In this document: one piece after another, positions 52,977 through 62,357 of the stretch
Layout of the letters: every line of letters starts with the position of its first letter
Position numbering within the stretch: position 1 is the first letter of the stretch
From: an uncultured Acidobacteriota bacterium
GTDB taxonomy: Bacteria > Acidobacteriota > Terriglobia > UBA7540
Length of the DNA stretch: 64,000 nucleotides
Direction: 5' to 3'
NCBI GenBank assembly: GCA_963804995.1
Contig: CAWDSK010000003.1
Location: 160,001-224,000, forward strand
Notes under the pieces: generated by a model
Told to the model about the DNA's origin: nothing
Databases searched by the model: none
Seen by the model: the letters and a program-made list of their open reading frames with translations, nothing else
Position numbers and translations under genes: made by a program

Positions 52977-54328
52977 GGTTGTGGCGCTCCTTCCCGGGAT
53001 GCTGGCGAGGTGTCGGCTTTCTCATTGGGCGTGATCTCAATGTCCGCGGGAGGTGGACCGAGACCCGCCAGCCAGGCGCCCAGGGCTTTGCGTTCCTCCT
53101 CTGTTCCAACGAAAGGAGGCATGAAACCCTTCAACTGGCTGAGGTGCACAAGCTGGTAGTCGATCATGGTCCAGCTCCATCCCTTTACAGCAAAGCGAAT
53201 GCTGTTGTAGCCATTCACCGTATGGCAGCTCGCGCATTGGACGCGGAAGATGTCTTCCCCAGCCTTCTCGAGCGCCTTGGGGTCCACCTCGTGGACGCGC
53301 ACCCAGAGCGCGGATTTCAGAATGCCATCCCGGCGAACGCGGTTGACATCCTCAGTGCGAAGTGTATTAGCGTACATGTAATCGTAAATGATGAAGGGTT
53401 TGCGGACGGCCTCGCGCACCCACTCCGTAACTCCGGTGGTGGAAAGTGCCATGACCGCGATCGCGAAAGCAAAGGTCAAATTGAAGTGGCGGGAATTCCG
53501 GTAAGCCCCAAAGTAAGTAAACAGAACCACCAGCCCCGAGAAAAAAACCGAGAGGCCGGCGAAGATGGTTACCGCCGGCGCCCCGCCCATCGAGATTTCC
53601 CGCGCCAGGACCGGCAGTGTGGAAATATACCAGAGGCCTCCCAGCGGGATCCCCAGCGTGCCCACCAGCACCCACTTGGCGGCGTAGTGGACGACCTCCG
53701 TGCGCAAGCCCACGTCACGCACCGCCGCCGCCGTCACCAGCGCATAAACGCCCGCCAGAGCCACGGAAACTGCGGTGCGCACCAGGCAAGACGGCCACAT
53801 GCCGGGATTAAAGAAGGCTGCGGCAAAGCTCGGCGCTTCGAGCCAACGGCCAGGCGTCAGCATGAAGGTCAGAATTCCATTGATGACGAACAGGCTCGCC
53901 CAAGCCGCCCCAAAGTAAATCCAGCCCACCAGCAAATGCGTGTCGGGGTCCAGACGGTCCCAACCATAGTAGTAAATGAAAGCCGCGGCGATTTCGACCA
54001 AGAAGAACACCCACTCAATCGCCCAACCCCACACGAAAACGTGGATGAGCGTAGCCGTGGCCTCCGGATTCACCAGGGCTATGGTCCACCAGATGCCCAC
54101 GCCACTCACCGCGCCGAAGACGAGCACGACCAGCACGAAGAACTTCGAGTGGGAGCGCACGTATTCGAGCAGCGCGGGATTGTTATCGCGATACGCCTTG
54201 CGTTCCGTCAACGGCAAGAAGAGGCCGCCACCGACCGCAAAATGAGAAACGAATACGTGCAGGATGGCGATGAAACCGATAATCACACCACCACCCAGCA
54301 AGGAAGGTTCCCAGACAGGGTAGTTCAT
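52973..54328 (-). CDS. Cytochrome bd subunit I-like protein fused to a c-type cytochrome
   Basis: LHVFVSHFAVG, WAIEWVFFLVE, EWVREAVRKP, C-terminal CASCH and MPPF. Confidence 0.8.
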   Translation of the reverse strand: MNYPVWEPSLLGGGVIIGFIAILHVFVSHFAVGGGLFLPLTERKAYRDNNPALLEYVRSHSKFFVLVVLVFGAVSGVGIWWTIALVNPEATATLIHVFVWGWAIEWVFFLVEIAAAFIYYYGWDRLDPDTHLLVGWIYFGAAWASLFVINGILTFMLTPGRWLEAPSFAAAFFNPGMWPSCLVRTAVSVALAGVYALVTAAAVRDVGLRTEVVHYAAKWVLVGTLGIPLGGLWYISTLPVLAREISMGGAPAVTIFAGLSVFFSGLVVLFTYFGAYRNSRHFNLTFAFAIAVMALSTTGVTEWVREAVRKPFIIYDYMYANTLRTEDVNRVRRDGILKSALWVRVHEVDPKALEKAGEDIFRVQCASCHTVNGYNSIRFAVKGWSWTMIDYQLVHLSQLKGFMPPFVGTEEERKALGAWLAGLGPPPADIEITPNEKADTSPASREGAPQP

Positions 54329-54622
54329 GGTTGGACCGTGCGAGGTCGAGCGGGTCCCAGCCGAACGCGCTCATGTTAGTCCCGCAGGCATGGTTTTTCA
54401 AGGGGTAGCGCCGCGTTGGGTATAGAATACTATGCCTGCCGCCGGCGAAGCTGAAACTCAAGGGCGGAATACTCCGCCTATCTTAAACTTTAGTGAGTTT
54501 GCCGGTGTAAGCCAACTCATACAATGATTTCTCCATCCAACCAGGGAGTGAACGCCGGTTGGCAGACAGGCTGAAGCATCGTGTGAGCCGTCCAACGCCG
54601 CTTCCGAGCGGCCAATAAACCT

Positions 54623-55342
54623 ATGATGAAAGTCCTGATTGTGTGCTTGGCACTGGCTTTCACGGTACCGTGCTTGTACCCAATAGATCCGCCGGCCTCG
54701 GCAGGCTTAGCCGGCAAGTGGGTCTTGGATTTCTCCCAAACCAAAAATCCTCCGGCAGGTTTGCAGGATTACAGCATGGTCGTCGACCAAGACGCACAGC
54801 AAATCAAAGTCGAGACCACCCTGGTGGGCACACTGCAGGCGACTCCGGGCTCTGTCAGTCCAGGCGCTGGGATGGGCGGCGGTTCCGGCCGTGCAGCAGA
54901 CATGGGGATGGGCGGACGCCGGGGCATGGGAATGCCGCGCGGAGGTTCGGGAATGCCGGGAGGAGTGGGGGGCGGACCCCGCGGCGAAGGCCCGATGCAG
55001 GGCAACCTTGCGGCTTACCAGGTTTATCCCCAGAGCGTCGTTTACATGCTCGATGGCAGTGAAGCCCGCTCACAATTCTCTGACCCTGACGCGACCCAAG
55101 CTACCTCCAAAGTGGAGCGGACAGGGCACGACCAGATCCTCAGGGTCTCCTTGACGGGAAATAACGAATCGGCGGAGAAGACCGGTCGAATCAAAGTCAG
55201 CGACCAATGGCAACTCTCCGAAGATGGAAAATATCTGAAGCTCGATCGCACTATCAAGTCCCCGGAAGGCTCGGGAACTGTGCACATGGTATTCTGCCGA
55301 CCTGAGGAAAGGGCGGCCCGCGAGAAAGCCGACAGCCCCTAG
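54623..55342 (+). CDS. Exported protein with a Gly/Met-rich loop
   Basis: Signal peptide, LAGKWVLDFSQT, LSEDGKYL; TAG stop is part of the MITE flank CTAG. Confidence 0.7.
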   Translation: MMKVLIVCLALAFTVPCLYPIDPPASAGLAGKWVLDFSQTKNPPAGLQDYSMVVDQDAQQIKVETTLVGTLQATPGSVSPGAGMGGGSGRAADMGMGGRRGMGMPRGGSGMPGGVGGGPRGEGPMQGNLAAYQVYPQSVVYMLDGSEARSQFSDPDATQATSKVERTGHDQILRVSLTGNNESAEKTGRIKVSDQWQLSEDGKYLKLDRTIKSPEGSGTVHMVFCRPEERAAREKADSP

Positions 55343-55571
55343 TGTGGTGTCCCGGTTAATATTTGACAAGGCTGTCCGACCCCCTCACCCCCCAGCCCCT
55401 CTCCCCCAAAGGGGCGAGGGGAGAGTTAATTCTCTTGCCCTCGCCCCTTTGGGGGAGAGGGTGGCTGGCCGAGGCGTTCTCATCAGCCGAGGCCAGAAGG
55501 GGGCCCCACGTTCTGCTTGTCGTGGGGGTGAGGGGGTTCTACCCTTGTCAACTCTAACTCGGGACACCACA
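55343..55571. mobile_element. MITE (IS630-like ends), copy 1
   Basis: CTAG-TGTGGTGTCCCG...CGGGACACCACA-CTAG; 229 bp. Confidence 0.88.
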
Positions 55572-55631
55572 CTAGAACGGAATTCAGGTGGCGCGACAAA
55601 CAGAAATGCCGAACCGACAACGAGACAAACC

Positions 55632-56834
55632 ATGAAAAGGACCACCAAACCTCCGCGTGAATCCACCCAGCGCCCGCCCTGTGCCTGGCGCGCTTCGTAT
55701 CTCGCACTCGCCTTAACGTCCCTGCTGTTGGCAGGGTCGCAATCGAGCAGCCAACAGCCGACTGGGGCCACGCAGCAACCGCCCATTACCGTCCATGTCA
55801 AGGTGGTCAACGCGCTGGTCACCGTACGGGATAAGAAAGGAGCCATAGTCTCCAACTTGACCAAGGAAGATTTCGCGTTGGAGGACGACGGCCGTCCGCA
55901 AACCATTCGTTACTTCTCGAACGAGACGGATCTGCCGCTGACGCTGGGTCTGCTGGTCGATACCAGTATGAGCCAGCGACGCGTGCTTGGCGAAGAGCGC
56001 AGTGCCAGTTCCACTTTCCTCGATCAGGTGCTGCGCGTCGATAAAGACCAGGCGTTCGTGATTCACTTCGACCGCGAAGTGGAACTCCTTCAAGACCTCA
56101 CCTCGTCGCGGCAGAAGTTGCAGGCGGCCCTGGACCTGCTTCAGATGCCGCAGCGCTCCGAGGAAAATCGGGGCGATTCGCCTGATTCGGGATCGCAGGG
56201 CAACCCCGGTGGAGGCGGTGGCGGCGGACGTGGAGCAGGTGGACGTGGGGGCGGCTCACGTGGCGGGGGCACACTGCTCTATGACGCTGTTTACCTGGGG
56301 TCCAAAGACGTCATGGCGAAGCAGACGGGGCGCAAGGCTCTTATCGTTCTTTCCGATGGGGTCGACCGCGGCAGCAAGAAGACTCTGGCCAGCGCCATCG
56401 AGGCTGCGCAGCGTGCCGACACGCTGGTGTATTCCATTCTATTCCAGGCGGAGGAGCAGACGAGCGGTTACGGCCGTGGGGGGATGGGAGGAATGGGTGG
56501 TGGAATGGGCGGCAGAGGGGGTGGCATGGGTGGCGGGATGGGCGGTCGCCACGGCGGTGGCTACCCGCGATATCCCCAGGAATCGCGACCCGACGGCAAG
56601 AAGATCCTGGAGCGGCTTTCCAAAGAAACCGGGGGCCGCTTCTTCGAGGTTTCGAAAAAGCATCCCATCGACGCCACCTATGACCAAATCCAGGATGAAC
56701 TTCGCCATCAGTACAGCTTGGGCTATTCACCCAATCCACCCCACGACGAAGCCGGCTACCACAAAATAACGGTGACGGTTCCGAAGAAAGATGTGGTTGT
56801 GCAGACTAGGGATGGATATTATTCGGGGCAGTGA
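55632..56834 (+). CDS. VWA domain protein (Acidobacteria-type) with Gly-rich inserts
   Basis: VTVRDKKG, LLVDTSMS, TLLYDAVY, RKALIVLSDG, LRHQYSLGY. Confidence 0.88.
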   Translation: MKRTTKPPRESTQRPPCAWRASYLALALTSLLLAGSQSSSQQPTGATQQPPITVHVKVVNALVTVRDKKGAIVSNLTKEDFALEDDGRPQTIRYFSNETDLPLTLGLLVDTSMSQRRVLGEERSASSTFLDQVLRVDKDQAFVIHFDREVELLQDLTSSRQKLQAALDLLQMPQRSEENRGDSPDSGSQGNPGGGGGGGRGAGGRGGGSRGGGTLLYDAVYLGSKDVMAKQTGRKALIVLSDGVDRGSKKTLASAIEAAQRADTLVYSILFQAEEQTSGYGRGGMGGMGGGMGGRGGGMGGGMGGRHGGGYPRYPQESRPDGKKILERLSKETGGRFFEVSKKHPIDATYDQIQDELRHQYSLGYSPNPPHDEAGYHKITVTVPKKDVVVQTRDGYYSGQ

Positions 56835-56979
56835 AGCTATCAGCTTTCAGCTCTCAGCTGTAAGCTTCGAGAAGTCAGCCTTCGGGTGTCGGATTCTGAA
56901 TGCGGCGCGTCACAACCGAAACCCCAAATTCGCCCTCGATCTGACGAGTTTCGAATTTCGTTCTTTCCCCAGCCCCTAG

Positions 56980-57182
56980 TGTGGTGTCCCGGTTAATATT
57001 TGACAAGGCTGTCCGACCCCCTCACCCCCCAGCCCCTCTCCCCCAAAGGGGCGAGGGGAGAGTTAATTCTCTTGCCCTCGCCCCTTTGGGGGAGAGGGTG
57101 GCTGGCCGAGGCGTTCTCATCAGCCGAGGCCAGACGGGTGAGGGGGTTCTACCCATTCTCAACTCTAACACGGGACACCACA
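56980..57182. mobile_element. MITE (IS630-like ends), copy 2
   Basis: Same ends and CTAG flanks; 203 bp. Confidence 0.88.
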
Positions 57183-57220
57183 CTAGTACCCAGTCCCCGG
57201 CTTTCGCTGAGAACTGGCCG

Positions 57221-57730
57221 CTACAATTTCAGCAACAGGTGCTCGTCATCAAGATAGCGGTCGCCAACTTTCAGGGCGTGGGGCTCCATTCCGTATACCT
57301 CGAAACCAAGTGAGCCATACAGGGCCCGCGCCGCCACCAAGCCTTTCACCACGGTCAGCGTTACCTGTTCGACCCCCGGGCAGGCGCGAATCCTCTCCAG
57401 CAGCGCGACGAGCAGCGCCCGGCCCAACCCCTGCCCACGGCAATTGGTACTCACATACACCCCCCAGATTCTTCCCTTATGCCGAACCCTGGCGCCCGGA
57501 TAACGGTAGAATCCCGCCATACCTACCAGCTCGCCCGCTCGAAAGACCCCCATCACAAAGGCTTCGTCGGGATTTGCGCTCAGGCGTTCGGCGGCATCCT
57601 GGAGAGTGGTCTTCTTATGTTCCTCAGGGGTAGTAGCAAAGGATAGCGATTCGCGCTCCAGGCCCTCCAGCCGCAATTGCCAATAGGCGGCCGCATCCGC
57701 TGCAGTAAGAACTCGAGTCTCCACGTCCAT
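57221..57730 (-). CDS. GNAT acetyltransferase
   Basis: HKGRIWGVYV..CRGQGLG, ALYGSLGF. Confidence 0.88.
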   Translation of the reverse strand: MDVETRVLTAADAAAYWQLRLEGLERESLSFATTPEEHKKTTLQDAAERLSANPDEAFVMGVFRAGELVGMAGFYRYPGARVRHKGRIWGVYVSTNCRGQGLGRALLVALLERIRACPGVEQVTLTVVKGLVAARALYGSLGFEVYGMEPHALKVGDRYLDDEHLLLKL

Positions 57731-57753
57731 CCTGATCGACCTTTCACGCCATC

Positions 57754-58517
57754 CTATTTCAAGGCGCGTTCAATCGCTGCGGCGGCGATGGGCGCCATGA
57801 GTTCGTATCCCTTATCATTCGGATGGAGCCCGTCGTTCGAGTAGCCATCGCGCAGCATGCCTTTATCATCCACCAGTGCCGAATAGTAGTCGGCGATTTC
57901 GCCATGGATGTCCGGGGCATAACTCTCCAGCCAGTGATTAAGGCTCATGATATCTGCCGGCGGCCGGCGCTCGGTTTGCTTGGCCTTGGTGTAGTCGCTG
58001 ACCGGGGTGAGCAGGCAGAGGATGACTTTGATGCCGTGGCTGGTAGCGAGGTCGCCCATGGCGCGGAAGTTGTCTTCCACCATCTCAGAGTCTCGGGGCC
58101 GGTGTTGCCGGCGATATCGTTGGTTCCAGCCAGAATGATAAGCGCCGACGGACGCAAATGGATCACATCAGGATACAATCGCGCCAGCATTTGAGGAGTG
58201 GTTTGCCCGCTGATGCCACGGTTCACATACGGCTTGCCGGGAAAGTATTTGGCGAGATCCCAGCCATCTGTAATGGAATCGCCCAGGAAGACGACGCGCC
58301 CTTTGACTTCTGGAGATTTCTCGAGGCGTACATCGTCATCGTGGTAGCGGCCCAGTTGGTTCCAGTCCTGGAGTTGGTCCGCCAGACGCGTCGCCAATGA
58401 CGGCAGACAACACGCCGCCTTGGGCGGATGGAAATCCTGAACCAATTGCGCCTGCGCCGCAAACGCCAGGCAAATGCTGAAGCACAGTCCGATAAGAACC
58501 TTCAGCGCTATTTTCAT
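57754..58517 (-). pseudogene. SGNH/GDSL hydrolase with a 1-bp deletion at about 58087
   Basis: FLGDSIT, NRGISGQTT, AGTND in one frame; DGLHP in the next. Confidence 0.8.
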
Positions 58518-58662
58518 TATGTCCTCCCTGCGTGGTGTTATACCTGAGCTTAGGGCAAGCCGTCAAAGAGATACATCGCGCCAAGACACTGCTTCCCTTC
58601 CCCTTGCCCCGTATGGCCGAACGCCATAAGATATCGTCCGCCGATACGCGGGAGTGTTACTT

Positions 58663-59095
58663 GTAGGGCCGAACGGCGTTCGGCCCTGGGCCACCGTCAC
58701 CGCGGCTAATCAGGCTGCGGCGAAACTCCCCTCCTCAGATGAGGAGGGGTGGCGCGCTGAGCGCCGGGGTGGTGCTGATAAGATAAACGGGTGCTGCCAA
58801 TCAATGTAGAGGCGGCGGCATTCATCCCGATCTGATCGGGACGCCGCCATATGGCGAGGTGAACTCGCCGCTGCGGCATCTTGACCCAGGTGGGATAACC
58901 ACCCCGTCGCCTTCGGCGCCACCCCTCCTGAATCAGGAGGGGAGTTCTTAAAAACACTCCCCTCCTCAGATGAGGAGGGGTGGCGCGCTGAGCGCCGGGG
59001 TGGTGCTGACCGTGCCGCAGTAGCACAGCCACTCCTGGTTGTGTCATCAGGCTCGAACCTCGAGCCACCTTCACAGGCAGGAGTGCCTGTGCTAC
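58663..59095. repeat. Composite cluster of REP-like repeats
   Basis: GTAG REP (58663), CCCCTCCT units, GTAG element (58806), inverted GTAG pair (59020-59095). Confidence 0.85.
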
Positions 59096-59197
59096 CGTGC
59101 GGGCTCGGCGTCACAGAAATCAAGAGTTGCCCGGAGTATTTCCATTTCTGGTGGCGCGCATCCGCAGACGCCGACTCGTGCCCAAGGGAGAGAATGC

Positions 59198-61036
59198 ATG
59201 TTGCGAGCCAATCGAAAATGCAACCTGATCGGTCTGTTATTAGGAATCCTGATGCTGGGGGTAATGGGGATGTCAGCCGCTGACGAGAAACCGTCTTCAA
59301 ACGCCCCTCCGACTGTGCAAGAGGCTGTGGCGTTCATCAAAAGCGCAGAAGCCAGACTGCTCGAGCTCAATGTCCTGGCCGCCCGCGCCGATTGGGTAAA
59401 GGCCACCTACATTACCGACGACACCGAGATCCTGGCGGCGAAGGCCGACGAGCGCGCCATTTCCGCGCAGGTTGAGCTGGCGAAACAGGCCACGCGTTTC
59501 GACCACCTGAAGCTGCCCGCCGACGTTGCCCGCAAAATGCACCTGCTGAAAGTCGCACTGGTGCTCCCCACGCCCCGGGACCCGGCGCTGAGTTCAGAGC
59601 TCACCAACATCACGGCGCGCATGGAAGGTACCTATGGCAAGGGCAAGTGGTGCCCGCCCGGCAAGGACAAGTGTCTGGACATCGAAGACCTGGGCCGCCT
59701 CATGGGAGCGAGCCGGGATCCCAATGAACTGCGCGATGCCTGGGTGGGCTGGCACCAGATTTCCCGGCCCATGCGTCAGGATTTTGTACGCTTCGTCGAG
59801 CTCTCGAACCAGGGCGCGCGCGAACTGGGTTTCAAAGACACGGGCGCGCTGTGGCGATCGAAATACGATATGCCGCCAGACGACTTTGCCCGCGAACTCG
59901 ACCGGCTGTGGGAGCAGGTACGCCCGCTTTACTTGCAACTCCATGCCTACGTGCGCTGGAAGCTGCGCGAGAAATATGGCGACCAGGTGGTCCCCGCGAG
60001 CGGACCTATTCCCGCGCACCTATTGGGAAACATGTGGGCGCAAACCTGGGACTATACCTTTCCTCTGGTGGCGCCCGCGAACGCCGATCCGGGTTACGAC
60101 CTGACGGAAATCCTGAAGAGCCGCAATACGGACGCGCTCGGGATGGTGCGCTACGGCGAGCACTTCTTCACTTCCCTGGGCTTTCCGCCGCTGCCCCCCA
60201 CGTTCTGGGAACGCTCCATGTTCATCAAGCCGCGCGACCGCGAGGTGGTGTGCCATGCCAGCGCCTGGGATGTGGATTTTGAAGATGACCTGCGCGTGAA
60301 AATGTGCATCGATATCACCGCCGAGTATTTCTCCACAATCCATCACGAGCTCGGGCACAACTTTTATCAGCGCGCCTATAGCCATCAACCTTACCTCTTC
60401 CGTGAGAGCGCCAACGACGGCTTCCATGAGGCTATCGGCGACACCATCGCGCTCTCTATCACCCCGCCATACCTGGTGAAGCTGGGGCTGATCCCCAAGG
60501 CCCCCGATACCTCCAAAGACCTCGGCCTGCTCATCGAGAAGGCGCTTGAGAAAATCGCCTTCCTGCCCTTTGGATTGCTTATCGATCAATGGCGGTGGAA
60601 AGTCTTCTCGGGTGAGATTACGCCGCAGCAATACAACCGCGCCTGGTGGGATTTGCGATTGAAATACCAGGGTGTGGCCCCGCCCGTGCCCCGCAGCGAA
60701 GAGGACTTTGACCCCGGCGCCAAGTACCACGTGCCGGCCAATGTTCCTTACACGCGCTATTTCCTGGCAGACATCTTACAATTCCAATTCCATCGCGCCC
60801 TGGCGAACACCGCGGGCTGCACTGACCCGCTTAATCGCTGCTCGATTTACGAAAACAAGGAGGCCGGCGCGCGCCTGGCCAAGATGCTCGAAATGGGCCA
60901 GAGCCGTCCCTGGCCCGATGCCCTCGAAGCCATGACCGGCCAGCGTCAAATGGACGCCACAGCGATTCGCGATTACTTCGCGCCGCTCGAAAAGTGGTTG
61001 GAGGAGCAGAATCGGGGCAAGCCGGTGGGGTGGTGA
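59198..61036 (+). CDS. M2-family peptidyl-dipeptidase (ACE-like)
   Basis: PAHLLGNMWAQ, VCHASAW, HHELGH, GFHEAIG, FDPGAKYH. Confidence 0.95.
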   Translation: MLRANRKCNLIGLLLGILMLGVMGMSAADEKPSSNAPPTVQEAVAFIKSAEARLLELNVLAARADWVKATYITDDTEILAAKADERAISAQVELAKQATRFDHLKLPADVARKMHLLKVALVLPTPRDPALSSELTNITARMEGTYGKGKWCPPGKDKCLDIEDLGRLMGASRDPNELRDAWVGWHQISRPMRQDFVRFVELSNQGARELGFKDTGALWRSKYDMPPDDFARELDRLWEQVRPLYLQLHAYVRWKLREKYGDQVVPASGPIPAHLLGNMWAQTWDYTFPLVAPANADPGYDLTEILKSRNTDALGMVRYGEHFFTSLGFPPLPPTFWERSMFIKPRDREVVCHASAWDVDFEDDLRVKMCIDITAEYFSTIHHELGHNFYQRAYSHQPYLFRESANDGFHEAIGDTIALSITPPYLVKLGLIPKAPDTSKDLGLLIEKALEKIAFLPFGLLIDQWRWKVFSGEITPQQYNRAWWDLRLKYQGVAPPVPRSEEDFDPGAKYHVPANVPYTRYFLADILQFQFHRALANTAGCTDPLNRCSIYENKEAGARLAKMLEMGQSRPWPDALEAMTGQRQMDATAIRDYFAPLEKWLEEQNRGKPVGW

Positions 61037-61060
61037 ACCGGAGGATCAAAGCACAAAAAT

Positions 61061-61165
61061 CACCACCAAGACACCAAGGCACCAAGAAACAACTCAAGGC
61101 TAGAAGCCGGATAAATTACTGGCCTCTAGCTGTGCTTTTCTTTGTGTCTTGGTGTCTTGGTGGTA
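61061..61165. repeat. Inverted repeat built from CACCAAG units
   Basis: ACCACCAAGACACCAAGGCACCAAGAA ... TTCTTTGTGTCTTGGTGTCTTGGTGGT between convergent genes. Confidence 0.75.
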
Positions 61166-61174
61166 GATCCCTGC

Positions 61175-62017
61175 CTATTTCTTCTCCAAGCTGCGGGCGC
61201 TATGGTCATGGGTGGGCTCAAGCCAGGCAACGTCTGCGCCACCCTCAGCAAAGCGCCGCAGACCGGCGTCTTTGATAGCAGCGTCGGGCACCTTGTGGAG
61301 CGGCGTGTAGCGGGGATGGTGGGATTCCTTGTAAGGATCGTTCCGCGCCGCATTGTAGCAACAGATCATCGACCAGCGCGGATTATCGGAATGGTTTTGG
61401 TCAGAACGATGCAGAAGGTTGCAGTGAAAGATCAGGGTGTCGCCCGGGTCCATCTCCACGTAAACCAATTCCTGTTTCTTTAGCACTTCGCGAACGCGTT
61501 CCATGTCGGCCCCGGCCTGTTGTCCGGTCAGAACGTGATTGATACGCCCCAGTTGGTGCGAGCCGCGAATGACCTGCACACAACCATTCTCCCGCGTGGC
61601 GGGATCGACAGCGATAAAGGCGCTACAAAGCAGCGGGAACAGGACCCCGTTCTCATACCAGTAGCCGTAGTCCTGATGCCAGGTCCAGGCGCCCCCCACC
61701 TTGGCATCCTTCATGACCATCTTGGAATGGTAGTGGTACACCTCGCCGCCGAGCAGCTTTTCCGCCGAGTTCACGATGGATTCCGAGCGCGCGAACATGC
61801 CGTAGAGCGAGTCACCGGGATGGTTCCACAGTGAGAGGCGCACCGTCCCGCCTTCGCCGTCTCCCCGGCCGAAGGAGTGCTGATCGAGCTCGCGGTCCTC
61901 TTTGGCAGCGCGCCGCAGCAGCCCGATTTCTTCATCATCAAACATCTTCCGGACCAGGACGAAGCCGTTTACTTCATATTCCTGAACCTCGCGATCGCTG
62001 ATGGGACCTTTGGCCAT
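61175..62017 (-). CDS. PhyH-family Fe(II)/2-oxoglutarate dioxygenase
   Basis: WHQDYGYW, ENGC..IRGSH, FHCNLLHRS..N...R. Confidence 0.9.
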   Translation of the reverse strand: MAKGPISDREVQEYEVNGFVLVRKMFDDEEIGLLRRAAKEDRELDQHSFGRGDGEGGTVRLSLWNHPGDSLYGMFARSESIVNSAEKLLGGEVYHYHSKMVMKDAKVGGAWTWHQDYGYWYENGVLFPLLCSAFIAVDPATRENGCVQVIRGSHQLGRINHVLTGQQAGADMERVREVLKKQELVYVEMDPGDTLIFHCNLLHRSDQNHSDNPRWSMICCYNAARNDPYKESHHPRYTPLHKVPDAAIKDAGLRRFAEGGADVAWLEPTHDHSARSLEKK

Positions 62018-62130
62018 GGGGTAGTCCTTTGGAGAAAAATGGATTGCTAAGCCTAGACCATCATTGTGGAGCCATTGCGAGCGGCGCGTCAATACCCGGC
62101 GCGGGGAAAAGATTGAGGCAGCCCACCTAG

Positions 62131-62324
62131 TGTGGTGTGAGTTGCCAATGGGTAGACCCCCCTCACCCGTCTGGCCTCAGCTGATGAGAACGCCTCGGCC
62201 AGCCACCCTCTCCCCCAAAGGGGCGAGGGCAAGAAAATTAATTCTCCCCTCGCCCCTTTGGGGGAGAGGGGATGGGGGGTGAGGGGGTCGGACAACGTTG
62301 TCAAATATTAACCGGGACACCACA
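62131..62324. mobile_element. MITE (IS630-like ends), copy 3, inverted with one decayed end
   Basis: CTAG-TGTGGTGTGAG...CCGGGACACCACA-CTTG; interior is the reverse complement of copy 2. Confidence 0.82.
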
Positions 62325-62357
62325 CTTGCTTCTCCCCGCGCCGTACCGGTCATGCCC

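Noticed and set aside
55344..55631. N-terminal extension of the VWA ORF, and ORFs at 8857, 38091, 56981 and 62177
   Set aside because: They are translations of MITE or REP sequence
58724..59008. Possible CRISPR array
   Set aside because: Units are in mixed orientation with irregular spacing, dispersed copies exist and no cas genes are present
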